From an uncultured candidatus Brocadiaceae bacterium (GTDB lineage: Bacteria; Planctomycetota; UBA1135; UBA2386), in the NCBI GenBank assembly GCA_964418595.1, contig CAYQMF010000015.1, positions 5,756 through 69,755 of the forward strand: 64,000 nucleotides of DNA, in the 5' to 3' direction. The position numbers and the translations under genes were made by a program. Below, piece after piece: positions 9,719 through 19,498 of this stretch. The notes beneath the pieces were generated by a model that searched no databases, was not told where the DNA came from, and worked only from the letters and a program-made list of their open reading frames with translations. The first letter of the stretch is position 1. Each line of letters starts with the position of its first letter.

Positions 9719-9728
9719 ATTGCGCGCG

Positions 9729-10721
9729 ATGCGCAGCAGCCCCGTCCTCATCGCCAGTCTTTTCGTCCTTGTCACCGCGAGTTGCGGCCCCGGCGCCCCG
9801 GCCGGTCCGACCTTCACCGACGCCGACCTCGCGGCGTTCCGGATCGAGCCCACGCCGCCGGCCCTGGACACCGTCCTCACCAAGGCGAAGGTCGACCTCG
9901 GCAAGGTCCTCTACCACGACAAGCGTCTGTCGAGCGACGGCACCGTGGCGTGCGCGAGCTGTCACGAACTCACGCGTTTTGGCGTGGACGGCAAGCCCGT
10001 GTCCGAGGGCGTGGGCGGTCAGAAGGGCGGGCGCAACGCGCCGAGCACGCTCAACGCCGCGCTCCACTTCGAGCAGTTCTGGGACGGCCGCGCGCACACG
10101 ATCGAGGATCAGGCGATCGGGCCGGTCCTCAACCCCATTGAGCACGGCCTCGCGGACGAAGCCGCGCTCGTGGCCAGGCTCAACGCCGACCCCACGCTCG
10201 TGGCGTCGTTCCAGCGCGCGTTCCCGGGCGAGCCGCAGCCGGTCACGGCCAGGAACTTCCAGCGCGCGGTGGGCGCGTTCGAGCGCACGCTGGTGACGCG
10301 CTCCCGCTTCGACGACTTCGTCGACGGCAAGGCGGACGCGCTGACGGCCGAGGAGCGCACCGGCCTGAAGACGTTCCTCGCCACGGGCTGCGTGACGTGC
10401 CACATGGGGCGCCTGATGGGCGGCAGCATGTTCCGCAAGCTCGGGCTCGTGAAGCCCTACGAGACCAAGGATCCCGGCCGCTTCGAGCACACCAAGGACG
10501 AGGCGGACCGCGGCGTGTTCAAGGTGCCGTCGCTGCGCAACGTGGCCGAGACCGGCCCGTGGTTCCACGACGGCAGCGTGACGTCGTTGCAGGACGCGGT
10601 GAAGCTCATGGCGCGGCACCAGTTGGGCAAGGAACTGGCGCCGGCGGATGTGGCGGCGATCGTCACCTTCCTGCGGGCGTTGACCGGCGAGGTCGATCCC
10701 CGCTTCGCGCCGAAGGAGTAG
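9729..10721 (+). CDS. di-haem cytochrome c peroxidase (CCP/MauG family) lipoprotein
   Basis: Lipobox 'LVTASCG'. Haem motifs 'CASCH' and 'CVTCH'. 'GRNAPSTLNAALHFEQFWDGRAHTIEDQAIGPVLNPIEHG', 'FKVPSLRNVAETGPWFHDGS'. Confidence 0.92.
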   Translation: MRSSPVLIASLFVLVTASCGPGAPAGPTFTDADLAAFRIEPTPPALDTVLTKAKVDLGKVLYHDKRLSSDGTVACASCHELTRFGVDGKPVSEGVGGQKGGRNAPSTLNAALHFEQFWDGRAHTIEDQAIGPVLNPIEHGLADEAALVARLNADPTLVASFQRAFPGEPQPVTARNFQRAVGAFERTLVTRSRFDDFVDGKADALTAEERTGLKTFLATGCVTCHMGRLMGGSMFRKLGLVKPYETKDPGRFEHTKDEADRGVFKVPSLRNVAETGPWFHDGSVTSLQDAVKLMARHQLGKELAPADVAAIVTFLRALTGEVDPRFAPKE

Positions 10722-10751
10722 GCGGCCCGCGCGGCGCGGGCACGCGCCGTG

Positions 10752-11366
10752 TCACGCGATTCGACTGTACCACTCGACGATGAAGTTCTCCTTCACGTCG
10801 AGCTGCACGTCTTCGCGGGCCGGGTCCTGGATGAACTCGACCGTCACCTTCTCTGCGTCGAACGTGAGGAAGGGAGGCACCTGGCGGCCAGGCTCGGCGA
10901 GCGAGTTCTGGACCAGCGCCATCTTCTGGGCGGCAGGCTTGAGCGTGACCTTCTCGCCGGAGGTCAGCACGCGGCTGCCGATGCTGCAGCGGCGACCGTC
11001 CACCAGGACGTGGCCGTGGTTCACGAGCTGCCGCGCCGCGCGGATCGTCGGCGCGATGCCGACGCGGTACAGCACGTTGTCGAGGCGTGACTCGAGCAGT
11101 TGCAGCAGGCGCAGGCCGGTGTTGCCCGGCGACTTCTTGGCGATGCGGAAGAACCGGCGCAGCTGCCGCTCGGAGAGCCCGTAGTTGAACCGCACCTTCT
11201 GCTTCTCATCGAGGCGCAGCTTGTACTCGCTCACCTTGCGGCGCGGCAACGCACCGTGCTGGCCCGGCCGGTTCTGGCGGTGCTTCGGTTGCTTCCAGGT
11301 GAGGCCAGGGAGCACTTCGCCGAGACGACGCAGGATCCTGATGCGGGGGCCGGTGTAGCGAGACAC
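10752..11366 (-). CDS. rpsD: 30S ribosomal protein S4
   Basis: 'MSRYTGPRIRILRRLG...EYKLRLDEKQKVRFNYGLSERQLRRFF...LLESRLDNVLYRVGIAPTIRAARQLVNHGHVLVDGRR' is the canonical S4 N-terminal plus S4 RNA-binding domain. Confidence 0.97.
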   Translation of the reverse strand: MSRYTGPRIRILRRLGEVLPGLTWKQPKHRQNRPGQHGALPRRKVSEYKLRLDEKQKVRFNYGLSERQLRRFFRIAKKSPGNTGLRLLQLLESRLDNVLYRVGIAPTIRAARQLVNHGHVLVDGRRCSIGSRVLTSGEKVTLKPAAQKMALVQNSLAEPGRQVPPFLTFDAEKVTVEFIQDPAREDVQLDVKENFIVEWYSRIA

Positions 11367-11430
11367 TTACTATTCTCCGAAAATGGCGCGGTAGGAGGGC
11401 GCGGGATCAGAGCAGAACCCGGCCGACGAG

Positions 11431-11904
11431 TCAAGAGCGCGCGGGGCGCGCGGCCAGGTACGCGTACGCGACGCAGTGTCCCGTGGGGATCAGGTTCACC
11501 AGCACGAGGGTGCGCCGGTAGTCGCGACCCTCGAACGCGTCGAGGCGCGCCCAGGCCGAAGGCAGGTCGTCGGACTCGAGCACGCCGACGGGTACCGCGG
11601 TCGTCGCCGGCTCGAGGTCGAGGCCGGGGTGGCCGCTGCCGAGTGTGCGCAGCGAACCCACGACCGAGCCGAGCCGCCACCGACCGCGCAGTGCCGCCAC
11701 CTGACCGTGGTTCGACTCGCCGGGTCGCAGCGTCCCGTATGCCGCCAGCCGACGCGACGGTCGGTCCAGGTACTCGTCGAGCGCCGCGCGGGGATCGGCG
11801 CTCACGGGTTGGCGGAGCACCGCGAGCGCGCGCGTGTGCGCGTCGACCTCGTCGATCGCGTGCTCCCGCAAGAGCGCCAACGCTTCGCGGATCAGGATCT
11901 GCAC
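11431..11904 (-). CDS. gamma-glutamylcyclotransferase (GGACT/AIG2-like) family protein
   Basis: 'LAAYGTLRPGESNH...VGVLESDDLPSAWARLDAFEGRDYRRTLVLV'. Start placed at the in-frame GTG ('VQILIREAL'). The longer track ORF would overlap the divergent gene at 11993. Confidence 0.7.
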   Translation of the reverse strand: MQILIREALALLREHAIDEVDAHTRALAVLRQPVSADPRAALDEYLDRPSRRLAAYGTLRPGESNHGQVAALRGRWRLGSVVGSLRTLGSGHPGLDLEPATTAVPVGVLESDDLPSAWARLDAFEGRDYRRTLVLVNLIPTGHCVAYAYLAARPARS

Positions 11905-11992
11905 GGCGATCGCGGTTGCAGCATGGCCGGCGCAGGTTACTCTGCGCGCGTCCTTTGTCGCTTCGGCGGTTTCCTGACGGAGGATTCTCCTT

Positions 11993-13108
11993 ATGTCGTT
12001 TCTCGCTCCGCGACCGGCATGTACCGGTCGCCTCGTCGCCGCGTTGCTCGTGGCGTCTCTCTTCTCGGCGTGTGGTGGGGACGGGGATGGATCTCCCACC
12101 GGCATCCAGGCCCTGTCGCTCGAACCGACCGGTTCGCCGAGCATCAGCTCGGACGGTGATGGTCGCACGCGCGTGCTGATGTCGTTCGTGGCGCGCGCGT
12201 CCCTCAGCGACTCGCGGCGCGCCATGACGGTCGCCGAGACCAAGATCGAGTTCTATCTCGACGGCGCCAAGGTCAGTGGCGAGTCGGTGCTGGACCGCAA
12301 CGAACTCGGCGGCGACATGATGTACAGCCTCGTGCTCGACGGCAGCTACTCGATGATCGTCGACCACCAGCCGCCGGCGTTCCAGCCCATGCTCGCCGCG
12401 GCCCGCGCGAGCGTGGAAGCAGTGACCGCCGAATGGCAGGCGCGCGGCAGTCTGGCGCAGGTTCGCGCCGACTGGCTGTGGTTCGACGACTACATCCACT
12501 ATCCCGACGACAAGTCGGTGACCAACATCAGCCTGATCACGGCGCCACGCAGCGGTGAGAACGACACGCGCCTGTTCGGTGCCGTCGACTTCATGCTGCA
12601 GAAGCACGTCGCCGCGGTCGCCAGCGGCTTCGCCACCAAGGCGCAGGACCGCCACGTCATGGTGTTGTTCACGGACGGCCGCGACAACCGCAGCTACTTC
12701 GTGACGCAGGAGACCAACGAACAGCTCGCGGTGCCGTTCCCGCACCTCAAGCACCGTCCCGGTCAGCCCACCAACACCCATCAGGTGTTGGTCGATCGCA
12801 TCGCGGCGCTCCGGGCGCAGGGCAAGCTGCCGACCTTCACGCTGCACTCGATCGGCCTCGGCACCAATCTCGATGCCGAGCCGATCCGTCAGCTCGCCGA
12901 GAGCCAGGGTGGCGTGTTCGTGCAGAACCCGTCGAGCGGCAAGCTCGCGTCGTTGTTCGAGACGATCACACGGGAGGTCGTGAGCATCCAGACGGCGGGG
13001 GTCAAGCTGCCGCTGCGCGCCGGGGCCTACCAGCTCACCGTGCGGGTCATGGTGAAGGACCAGCCGGAGCTCTTCGCAGACCACGTGATCGACTTCACCG
13101 CGCAGTGA
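11993..13108 (+). CDS. VWA (von Willebrand factor type A) domain lipoprotein
   Basis: GGAGG-like RBS upstream. Lipobox 'LFSACGG'. MIDAS 'VLDGSYSM'. 'VMVLFTDGRDN', 'HSIGLG'. Confidence 0.85.
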   Translation: MSFLAPRPACTGRLVAALLVASLFSACGGDGDGSPTGIQALSLEPTGSPSISSDGDGRTRVLMSFVARASLSDSRRAMTVAETKIEFYLDGAKVSGESVLDRNELGGDMMYSLVLDGSYSMIVDHQPPAFQPMLAAARASVEAVTAEWQARGSLAQVRADWLWFDDYIHYPDDKSVTNISLITAPRSGENDTRLFGAVDFMLQKHVAAVASGFATKAQDRHVMVLFTDGRDNRSYFVTQETNEQLAVPFPHLKHRPGQPTNTHQVLVDRIAALRAQGKLPTFTLHSIGLGTNLDAEPIRQLAESQGGVFVQNPSSGKLASLFETITREVVSIQTAGVKLPLRAGAYQLTVRVMVKDQPELFADHVIDFTAQ

Positions 13109-13112
13109 CCCG

Positions 13113-14090
13113 ATGACCGCGCGCGGCGTCGCATTCGCCGGCGGGTCGATCACCCTCCTGTTGCTGGCTGCGTGGTCGTTGGCGCCGTGGGTGCGAGAGC
13201 CCTTGGCGCCGTCGCCCGCGAACCGCGACGAGGGGCAAGGGCCGGTCGCCGTCATGGTCGCCGTGTCGCTCCCGCCGACGCAGGTCGGCGTGCAGCGCAC
13301 CGCGAGCCCGGCATCGGGTTGGACCCTGACGCCCGTCGCGCCGACCGCGACCTCGTCGTCGGGTGTCGCTGTACTCCTGCACCAGCCGCGCTTCGCTCCC
13401 CGCGTCGACGTCGAGGGAGAAGTGTGGGCCGCGTTTGCCGCGACGCCCCGCGGTGACCCTCGCGCGCGCTGGGCGGCGGTCGCCGATCGGTTGGCGCGGC
13501 TCGGGCTGGCGTGCGACTGGGAGCGGGACTGGACCGGGGGTGGCTTGTCCGAGGCGCAGCCGGAGGCGGACGGCGATCTCCGCCTCGCCCTGGTCCTGAC
13601 CGGCGACGCGATCGGAGTGGTGCGGGTGACGGCGGCGATGGTGGACGTGCGGCTCCCGCTCTGGGCGACGGCGGAAGTCGTCTTCGCGCCCGGCGACCCT
13701 GCGTGGGACCACGCGGCTGCCTGGTCGGCGAGTGCGTTCGCCGGGCCCCACCTGCTGCGACCCGGCGCCGTGGTTCCAGCGGCCTGTCTGCGGGTCGTCG
13801 CGTGGCGGGAAGCGACGCCGCTGACGGTCGGGTTCTCGGATCCCCTCCTCCCCGCCCCCGGGGGGCGCGCGGTGGTAACCTTCGCACCGAAGCGACGGGA
13901 ACGGGATCTCGATCTCCCCCCGGGGTCGCTGGCGCTGCGCTGCGCCGCGTCAGGCTGGTCCAGCGTGGAGATTGCGCTCGGTGCGCCGCGGGCCCCACTC
14001 CGGGTGATCGAACTCGGCGTACCGTTTGGCGAGTACGGGACTTCCCCCGCACCCCGAAGCGCGAGAGCTCTGGGCGCCGGTGGGTGGTAG
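13113..14090 (+). CDS. hypothetical membrane-anchored protein
   Basis: Starts 4 nt after the VWA gene stop. N-terminal anchor 'GGSITLLLLAAWSLAPW'. No recognised motif. Confidence 0.5.
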   Translation: MTARGVAFAGGSITLLLLAAWSLAPWVREPLAPSPANRDEGQGPVAVMVAVSLPPTQVGVQRTASPASGWTLTPVAPTATSSSGVAVLLHQPRFAPRVDVEGEVWAAFAATPRGDPRARWAAVADRLARLGLACDWERDWTGGGLSEAQPEADGDLRLALVLTGDAIGVVRVTAAMVDVRLPLWATAEVVFAPGDPAWDHAAAWSASAFAGPHLLRPGAVVPAACLRVVAWREATPLTVGFSDPLLPAPGGRAVVTFAPKRRERDLDLPPGSLALRCAASGWSSVEIALGAPRAPLRVIELGVPFGEYGTSPAPRSARALGAGGW

Positions 14091-14219
14091 GCTTCCCACC
14101 ACGTCTCGGCATCTCGTCTCCCCCGGGTACGGCGACCTGCGCGGGTTACCGCGTCCCGCCCGCCTGATATGAAGGTCGAGGCGCGCGTTCCTCGGTGCCC
14201 GACTCTCTCCCCGCTGCCC

Positions 14220-17200
14220 ATGCGTGAGACCAATCGCCGGTTCTCCCTTCTCCTCCTGACCCTGCTCCCGCTCACCGCCGGCTGCGGCGGCGGTGGTGGG
14301 AACGCTCCGGGCTTGGGCGCTGGCGGCACCACCGCGGTGCTGGCGGTGGAGTACGGCTCGCTGGTGGACGTGTACGGCTTCCGCCGCACGGCGGCAGGGG
14401 GCTTTGGCACCGCGCTGGTGGCGCAAGACGTGCTCATCGGGGCCGACATCGTGGACGAGCGCGATGGCGCGAATCGCAACAAGCGCGACAACGAGATCCT
14501 CTACGACTTCCTCGCCGCCAACCCCGACAACCTGCAGCCGCGTCTGCTGATCACGCGCGAGATCGGCACCCCCGAGTTCGAGCGCGCGTTCGATGCGCTC
14601 GACGACCGGGTGCGGCGCGTGGGTCCCGGCCGGTTCGGGCAGGACACGACCCAGTCGCCGTTCACCGTGGTTCCGCGCAACGGCGCGATCCGGGTCACGT
14701 TCACGCGCGACCTCGGCATCGACACCTCGTTCTTCTACGAGATGCAGAACGGGCAGATCGTCGGCGTGAAGAACAGCGAGGCGATCCAGGTGCTGCGCAT
14801 CGTCGGCGATCCCAACGACGCGAACACGACGGGGGACTTCGAGGTCATCCCGGCGCGGTTCGTGCCACGCGGTGCACAGCTCATCATCGACCCGGTCCTC
14901 CTCGGCAGCGAGGGCGTCCGGCTGCAGGTGCGGAACCAGGCCGGCGGACTTCCGGAGGCGGCGGACCAGGTCGGGGCCAACATCCGTCTCGCGTTCGCGA
15001 TCGAGGGACCGCTGGGGATCCCGTCGCTGCGGCGCGACGACGAGGCCCAGCTCACCGGGCTCAACAACGGCGGCAGCAAGAGCGTGATCCGCGACTTCCG
15101 CTCCGGCAACTCGCTCGACGACACCGCCGAGATCTCGCGTGGGTTCCGGCGTGACCCGGTGCCGCCGCGCCTCGTCGGCGAGATGTTGATGTACCTGGAG
15201 CGCGTCGAGGATGTGGACGCCTTCACCCAGTTGCTGACCATCTACAAGGGCAGCGTCGCGCATCGGATCGACGCGGGCGACGCGCTGCGCATCGTGAGTG
15301 CCGACGGCTTGGCGACGCAGTTGGCGGTGACGGAGATCGTGGCCGATCCGCGCGATCGCAAGGAGCTCACTCACACGCTCGTGCTGGTGCGCCGTGAGCC
15401 GGCGCTCGCGGCGGCCGACCCGGCGAAGATGCCGGGGTACCCGGCAGATCGGGTCGAGCGTGAACAGTGGTTGCCACAGTTCGCCCCGCGTGCGGTCGTC
15501 GTGGCCGAGTACGAGTCCGGGGACGGTGGTGCCGGCAGCGACGACCCGCAGTACTTCGTGCGCTTCTCGCCATCGCCCATCGCCGGCGCCGGTGGGGCGC
15601 AGGTGCCCAACCGCGACATCTCACCGTTCGCGGCGGTGATCGTCCGGTTCAGCAAGCCGATCGATATCCACTCGGTGCGCGCCCAGGACAGCTTGTTCTT
15701 CGCGACCAAGCCGCTGACCGGCACGCGTGGCGAGGAAGCCATCCAGCAGTTCCTCACCGACAGCGTGATGGATCCTGCGTCGTTCGACCGGAACAAGTTC
15801 GTCACACCCCATCTGGTGGTGGGACGACGCTTCGACGAGGACGGGTCGCAGACGACCGTGCGCCTGCAACCGCCGCTCGGCTTCTACCTGGACGACGAAC
15901 TGCGGCTGCCGCAGAACGAGGCGTTCCGGACCTACTACCTGCACATCCTCGGTGGGCAGAAGGGCATCAAGGACCTCGCCGGCAACGAACTCGACTTCCT
16001 GGCCGATGCCGGCCGCCTGCAGGACTCGATCCTCGTCGACTTCACCCTGGACGTGCGGAACGATGCGCGCGGCCAGCCGCTCTTCCCGAACAACCGGGTC
16101 GTCAACGTCGCGCGCCGCTTCGAGGCGATCGACGAGGACGAGCAGCCGTCCTACTACCGTTCGGACGAGATCCGACGCGTCGGCGGTCAGGCGAACGACA
16201 AGGCCTACCCGCTCGAAGACTTGTTCGGCGCCGTCAACTACTTCGCCGGGCGGATCCACGCGCGGCCCAGTGCGCGCATCTCGCGCGTGGCCGACGACCT
16301 CAACCAGCAGCCGCCGCCGTCGCAGGACAGCGAGTTGCGCTGGTGCCCGGAGTCGGACGGCGGCGAGGCGCAGATCGCCGCGAACACGGCGGGGACCAAG
16401 TTCGGCCAGCCGATCCAGAACCCGCTCAACCCGTACGGTTGTCGTCTCATGACCGTGTGGCGTGAGATCGATCTCAACCTCTCGCGCGTCGACCCGTTCG
16501 ACTTCAACCTCGATCTCGAGGAGGTGCACTGGGCGCCGCACACGAACAGCACGCTGGTGTTCGACGAGTTCGACCGCATGAGCCTCTTCGTGGGGCACTC
16601 GGAGTACCGGGCCGAGAACTGCGTCGGCACCCAGTGGGCGTTGCCGTACGCGATCGAGAGCTCCGGCCTCGACCCCACCTTCGCCAGGAACTTCGCACGC
16701 GACACGGACACCCGCGGCGCACCGGAGCCGGCCGGTCCCCGCAACCCGCCGGAGCACGTTGGCTATCGCGACCACTACGTGGTGATCGACGCGAACCTCG
16801 CGTTCACGGAGCCCAACAACGTCAACCGGTTCCACCCGCTGCCGCCGCTCGAGAAGCCCTACTTCGTATGGCGCGACGAGACCCTGGACGTGCAGGGTGG
16901 CGTGAGCCGGCACAGCGCGGATGTCGCCAACGGCAGCCGTGACTGGGAACCGTACATCATCTCGCCCTTCCTCACCGGCGGCGGCCGCTTCGTGACGCGC
17001 ACCTCCAACGGCCAGTTGAGCTTCAACTACGGCCGCTGGATGAACACGCGGAACTTCCACCTCCGCAGCCGGACGACCGTCGAGACCATCACCGACGGGC
17101 TCGTTGGCGCGATCGCGCTGCCGCTGCTCGGCGACTTCCAGATGTACCCCGACGCGGCGAACTTGCCGGAGGGTCGCGGCTACGTGGCGTCCGGCGCGAA

Positions 17201-18038
17201 CGGCTGGCAGATCGCGCTTACCGTCACGTCGTCGTCGGTGCCGTATTTCCGGGTCTACTCTGCGGGCGGCGTCGCCAACGGCCAGATCCGCCGCGTGACC
17301 CCGGGCTCGTCGCAGTGGAGCCGGGCGAGCGGCGGCATCAATCCGGTCACCGGGCAGCCGACCGCCTTCGGCGACAACTCCTTCTACTGGATCCAGACCG
17401 ACTTCCTGAAGCGGCAGTCGGTGGTGACCGCGGGGTTCGTCGATCTGCTCGACCCGCACCGCGTCGATCCGGCCTTCCCCAACCGTGATCCACGCCTCGG
17501 CCCGTACTTCCCGGCGGGTGCGACGAGCGTGATGCCGCGCGGCACGGCGCCGATGTTCACCACGCTCTTCGAGCCGTCGCTCGACTCGCTGCCGGGCGGG
17601 ACGGAGATCGTGCCGCAGTACCGCGGTGCGAGCATCGTCGACCCGCGGCCGTGGATCGCCGTCGAGTGCGCGTTCCCGTTCTGGACGCGGCGCAACCAGG
17701 TGCGGCCCGACAACCTCAACTTCCCGCTCGATCCGCGCAAGGCGGGGGATGCCGGCATCCGCAAGTACAGCGACCAGTTCAACGCGAGCAACCAGGCGCG
17801 CAACTTCTGGACGCACACCTACAACCTGCACGTCACCGACTACGTGGACGATCCCAATCGTCTGGCGGAGGACGGTTTCCTCGCCAGGTTCGCGGGTCCG
17901 GCCGACTCCTTCCGCGCCAACGAAGTGCGCTACGCCAACTGGCGCTTCATCATGAAGAACAACGTCGAGTCGACGCCGCCGGTGGCACCGAGCCTCGAGT
18001 CGTTCGCGCTGCTGTATCGCTTCCAGGAAACGCGCTGA
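14220..18038 (+). CDS. very large lipoprotein of unknown function (about 1270 aa) with Ig-like (SbsA_Ig/Big-type) segments
   Basis: Lipobox 'LLLLTLLPLTAGCGGGGG' at an internal ATG. Segments such as 'IRVTFTRDLGIDTSFF' and 'VIVRFSKPIDIHSVRAQDSLFFA' resemble bacterial Ig-like domains. Normal composition over 3.8 kb. Confidence 0.7.
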   Translation: MRETNRRFSLLLLTLLPLTAGCGGGGGNAPGLGAGGTTAVLAVEYGSLVDVYGFRRTAAGGFGTALVAQDVLIGADIVDERDGANRNKRDNEILYDFLAANPDNLQPRLLITREIGTPEFERAFDALDDRVRRVGPGRFGQDTTQSPFTVVPRNGAIRVTFTRDLGIDTSFFYEMQNGQIVGVKNSEAIQVLRIVGDPNDANTTGDFEVIPARFVPRGAQLIIDPVLLGSEGVRLQVRNQAGGLPEAADQVGANIRLAFAIEGPLGIPSLRRDDEAQLTGLNNGGSKSVIRDFRSGNSLDDTAEISRGFRRDPVPPRLVGEMLMYLERVEDVDAFTQLLTIYKGSVAHRIDAGDALRIVSADGLATQLAVTEIVADPRDRKELTHTLVLVRREPALAAADPAKMPGYPADRVEREQWLPQFAPRAVVVAEYESGDGGAGSDDPQYFVRFSPSPIAGAGGAQVPNRDISPFAAVIVRFSKPIDIHSVRAQDSLFFATKPLTGTRGEEAIQQFLTDSVMDPASFDRNKFVTPHLVVGRRFDEDGSQTTVRLQPPLGFYLDDELRLPQNEAFRTYYLHILGGQKGIKDLAGNELDFLADAGRLQDSILVDFTLDVRNDARGQPLFPNNRVVNVARRFEAIDEDEQPSYYRSDEIRRVGGQANDKAYPLEDLFGAVNYFAGRIHARPSARISRVADDLNQQPPPSQDSELRWCPESDGGEAQIAANTAGTKFGQPIQNPLNPYGCRLMTVWREIDLNLSRVDPFDFNLDLEEVHWAPHTNSTLVFDEFDRMSLFVGHSEYRAENCVGTQWALPYAIESSGLDPTFARNFARDTDTRGAPEPAGPRNPPEHVGYRDHYVVIDANLAFTEPNNVNRFHPLPPLEKPYFVWRDETLDVQGGVSRHSADVANGSRDWEPYIISPFLTGGGRFVTRTSNGQLSFNYGRWMNTRNFHLRSRTTVETITDGLVGAIALPLLGDFQMYPDAANLPEGRGYVASGANGWQIALTVTSSSVPYFRVYSAGGVANGQIRRVTPGSSQWSRASGGINPVTGQPTAFGDNSFYWIQTDFLKRQSVVTAGFVDLLDPHRVDPAFPNRDPRLGPYFPAGATSVMPRGTAPMFTTLFEPSLDSLPGGTEIVPQYRGASIVDPRPWIAVECAFPFWTRRNQVRPDNLNFPLDPRKAGDAGIRKYSDQFNASNQARNFWTHTYNLHVTDYVDDPNRLAEDGFLARFAGPADSFRANEVRYANWRFIMKNNVESTPPVAPSLESFALLYRFQETR

Positions 18039-18047
18039 CCGACCCGT

Positions 18048-19490
18048 TCAGAAGGGGAGGTCTTCGGCGGCCACGGGCTCCGCGCGCGGCGTGATGCGCT
18101 GGTCGGCAGACCAGGAGTCGAACTCGAGGGCAAACGGATCGCCGAGCAGGCGCCAGCGGCCCGTTGTAGGCTCGTAGACCCCGCCCCAGTCCACGCGCAG
18201 GCCGGGCATGCCGCCGTGGGCCGCCAGGAAGCGCGCGCGGGCGCGGGCGCGCGTCGCCACCGGCGGGACCCACCGTTCGGTCTCGGTGCCGGCGGCCATC
18301 GGTGCGCCGACGCGGTGCTCGATGAGGCCTGACCCGACCATCGTGTCGAACACGCTCGTCGGATCGGTGATCGCGTGGTAGCTGTGGTCGATGAGGGTGA
18401 GCGCACGGAGACGCTGCGCGTCGCCCGGCAGCGTCGCCCAACTGCCGCCCATGTGCGTGAGCACGGAGTCGAACAGGCGCAGCTTGGCGAACGCGTCGAG
18501 CCGCCGGGCGAGCCACGGCTCGTCACCGCGCTGCATGGCGGCGAGGGTGTCCGCCCAGTCCTGCAGGCAGCGCGCGACCCACGGCGGCGCGTCGCGGCGG
18601 CGATCGGCCCACGCCCGCGCGAGGCCGAGGTACAGCGCCTGGATCTCGAGCACGATGCCGTGCACGCGCACCGCTTCGCCCGGGCCAGCGAGGCGACAGC
18701 ACGTGCGCAGGGTCTCCGCCCAGCTTCCGCCCAACGGCAGGCCGAGCCGTGCGCACGCAGCGGCGACCGCGGCCGGCACGCTCGGGTCGGCTTCGAGCGC
18801 GCGCAGCACCAGCGCGGTGGCCCCGTGCTGCAGCGCGAGGTTGAACTGCGATCGATGCCCGTCGCCGACCAGCAGGTGGCAGCGGTGGTAGCTGCGCTTG
18901 CCGGGCGTGTGGTGTTCTTCGCGGGCGGTGCTGAAGACGGCGCGGGCCGCGGTCGTCCCGCCTCCCGCGTCGTGGGTCATGAACAGGGGCCGCGTCGCCG
19001 CGAGCCGTTCGCCGCTGGGGAACAGCACGCCGCCGGAGCCGGCGTAGATGCGCGTGGCGAGGAACGGCAGCATGGCCGCGCCCAGGGTCGCGGCCGGTCG
19101 CGTCAGCAGGTAGTTCTCGTGCGTGCCCCACGTGTGCGCCTGCGGATGCAGGACGCCGTCGTGGTTGTTGGCGTGCAGTGACAGCACCAGACCATCGGCT
19201 GCGAGTTCGCGCACGGCGCGGGCGAGCAGCCCGACCTGCGCTTCGACCAGGAGCGCCAGCTCGTACGGATCGCTGCACTCCAGCGCCGCCAGCTCCGGGT
19301 GATCGTTGACGTCGACGTAGACTCGCCCGTAGGCGTTGAAGAACCCGCGGCCCACGTCCGGGAGCGAAGGCGCGTACGTCGCCATCAGGTCCAGCAGCCG
19401 CCGCAGCGCGGCAGGGCGTGGACCCGCCTGCACGAAGCACATCAGCTCGTGCTCCACACTCAGGAGGAACCTGGATCCGGGATCGGCCAT
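18048..19490 (-). CDS. Pup-ligase/deamidase family protein (PafA/Dop homologue, canonical motifs)
   Basis: Ordered family motifs: 'LLSVEHELMCF' (E-x-E), 'NAYGRVYVDVNDHPELAALEC', 'HTWGTHENYLL', 'LPFLATRIYAGSGGV', 'HRCHLLVGDGH'. Confidence 0.85.
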   Translation of the reverse strand: MADPGSRFLLSVEHELMCFVQAGPRPAALRRLLDLMATYAPSLPDVGRGFFNAYGRVYVDVNDHPELAALECSDPYELALLVEAQVGLLARAVRELAADGLVLSLHANNHDGVLHPQAHTWGTHENYLLTRPAATLGAAMLPFLATRIYAGSGGVLFPSGERLAATRPLFMTHDAGGGTTAARAVFSTAREEHHTPGKRSYHRCHLLVGDGHRSQFNLALQHGATALVLRALEADPSVPAAVAAACARLGLPLGGSWAETLRTCCRLAGPGEAVRVHGIVLEIQALYLGLARAWADRRRDAPPWVARCLQDWADTLAAMQRGDEPWLARRLDAFAKLRLFDSVLTHMGGSWATLPGDAQRLRALTLIDHSYHAITDPTSVFDTMVGSGLIEHRVGAPMAAGTETERWVPPVATRARARARFLAAHGGMPGLRVDWGGVYEPTTGRWRLLGDPFALEFDSWSADQRITPRAEPVAAEDLPF

Positions 19491-19498
19491 GGCTTCGC

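Noticed and set aside
11905-12243. Longer version of the GGCT-like gene (track ORF 11431..12243).
   Set aside because: The extension has poor composition and would overlap the start and RBS of the divergent VWA lipoprotein gene at 11993. The in-frame GTG at 11904 gives a normal-sized protein.
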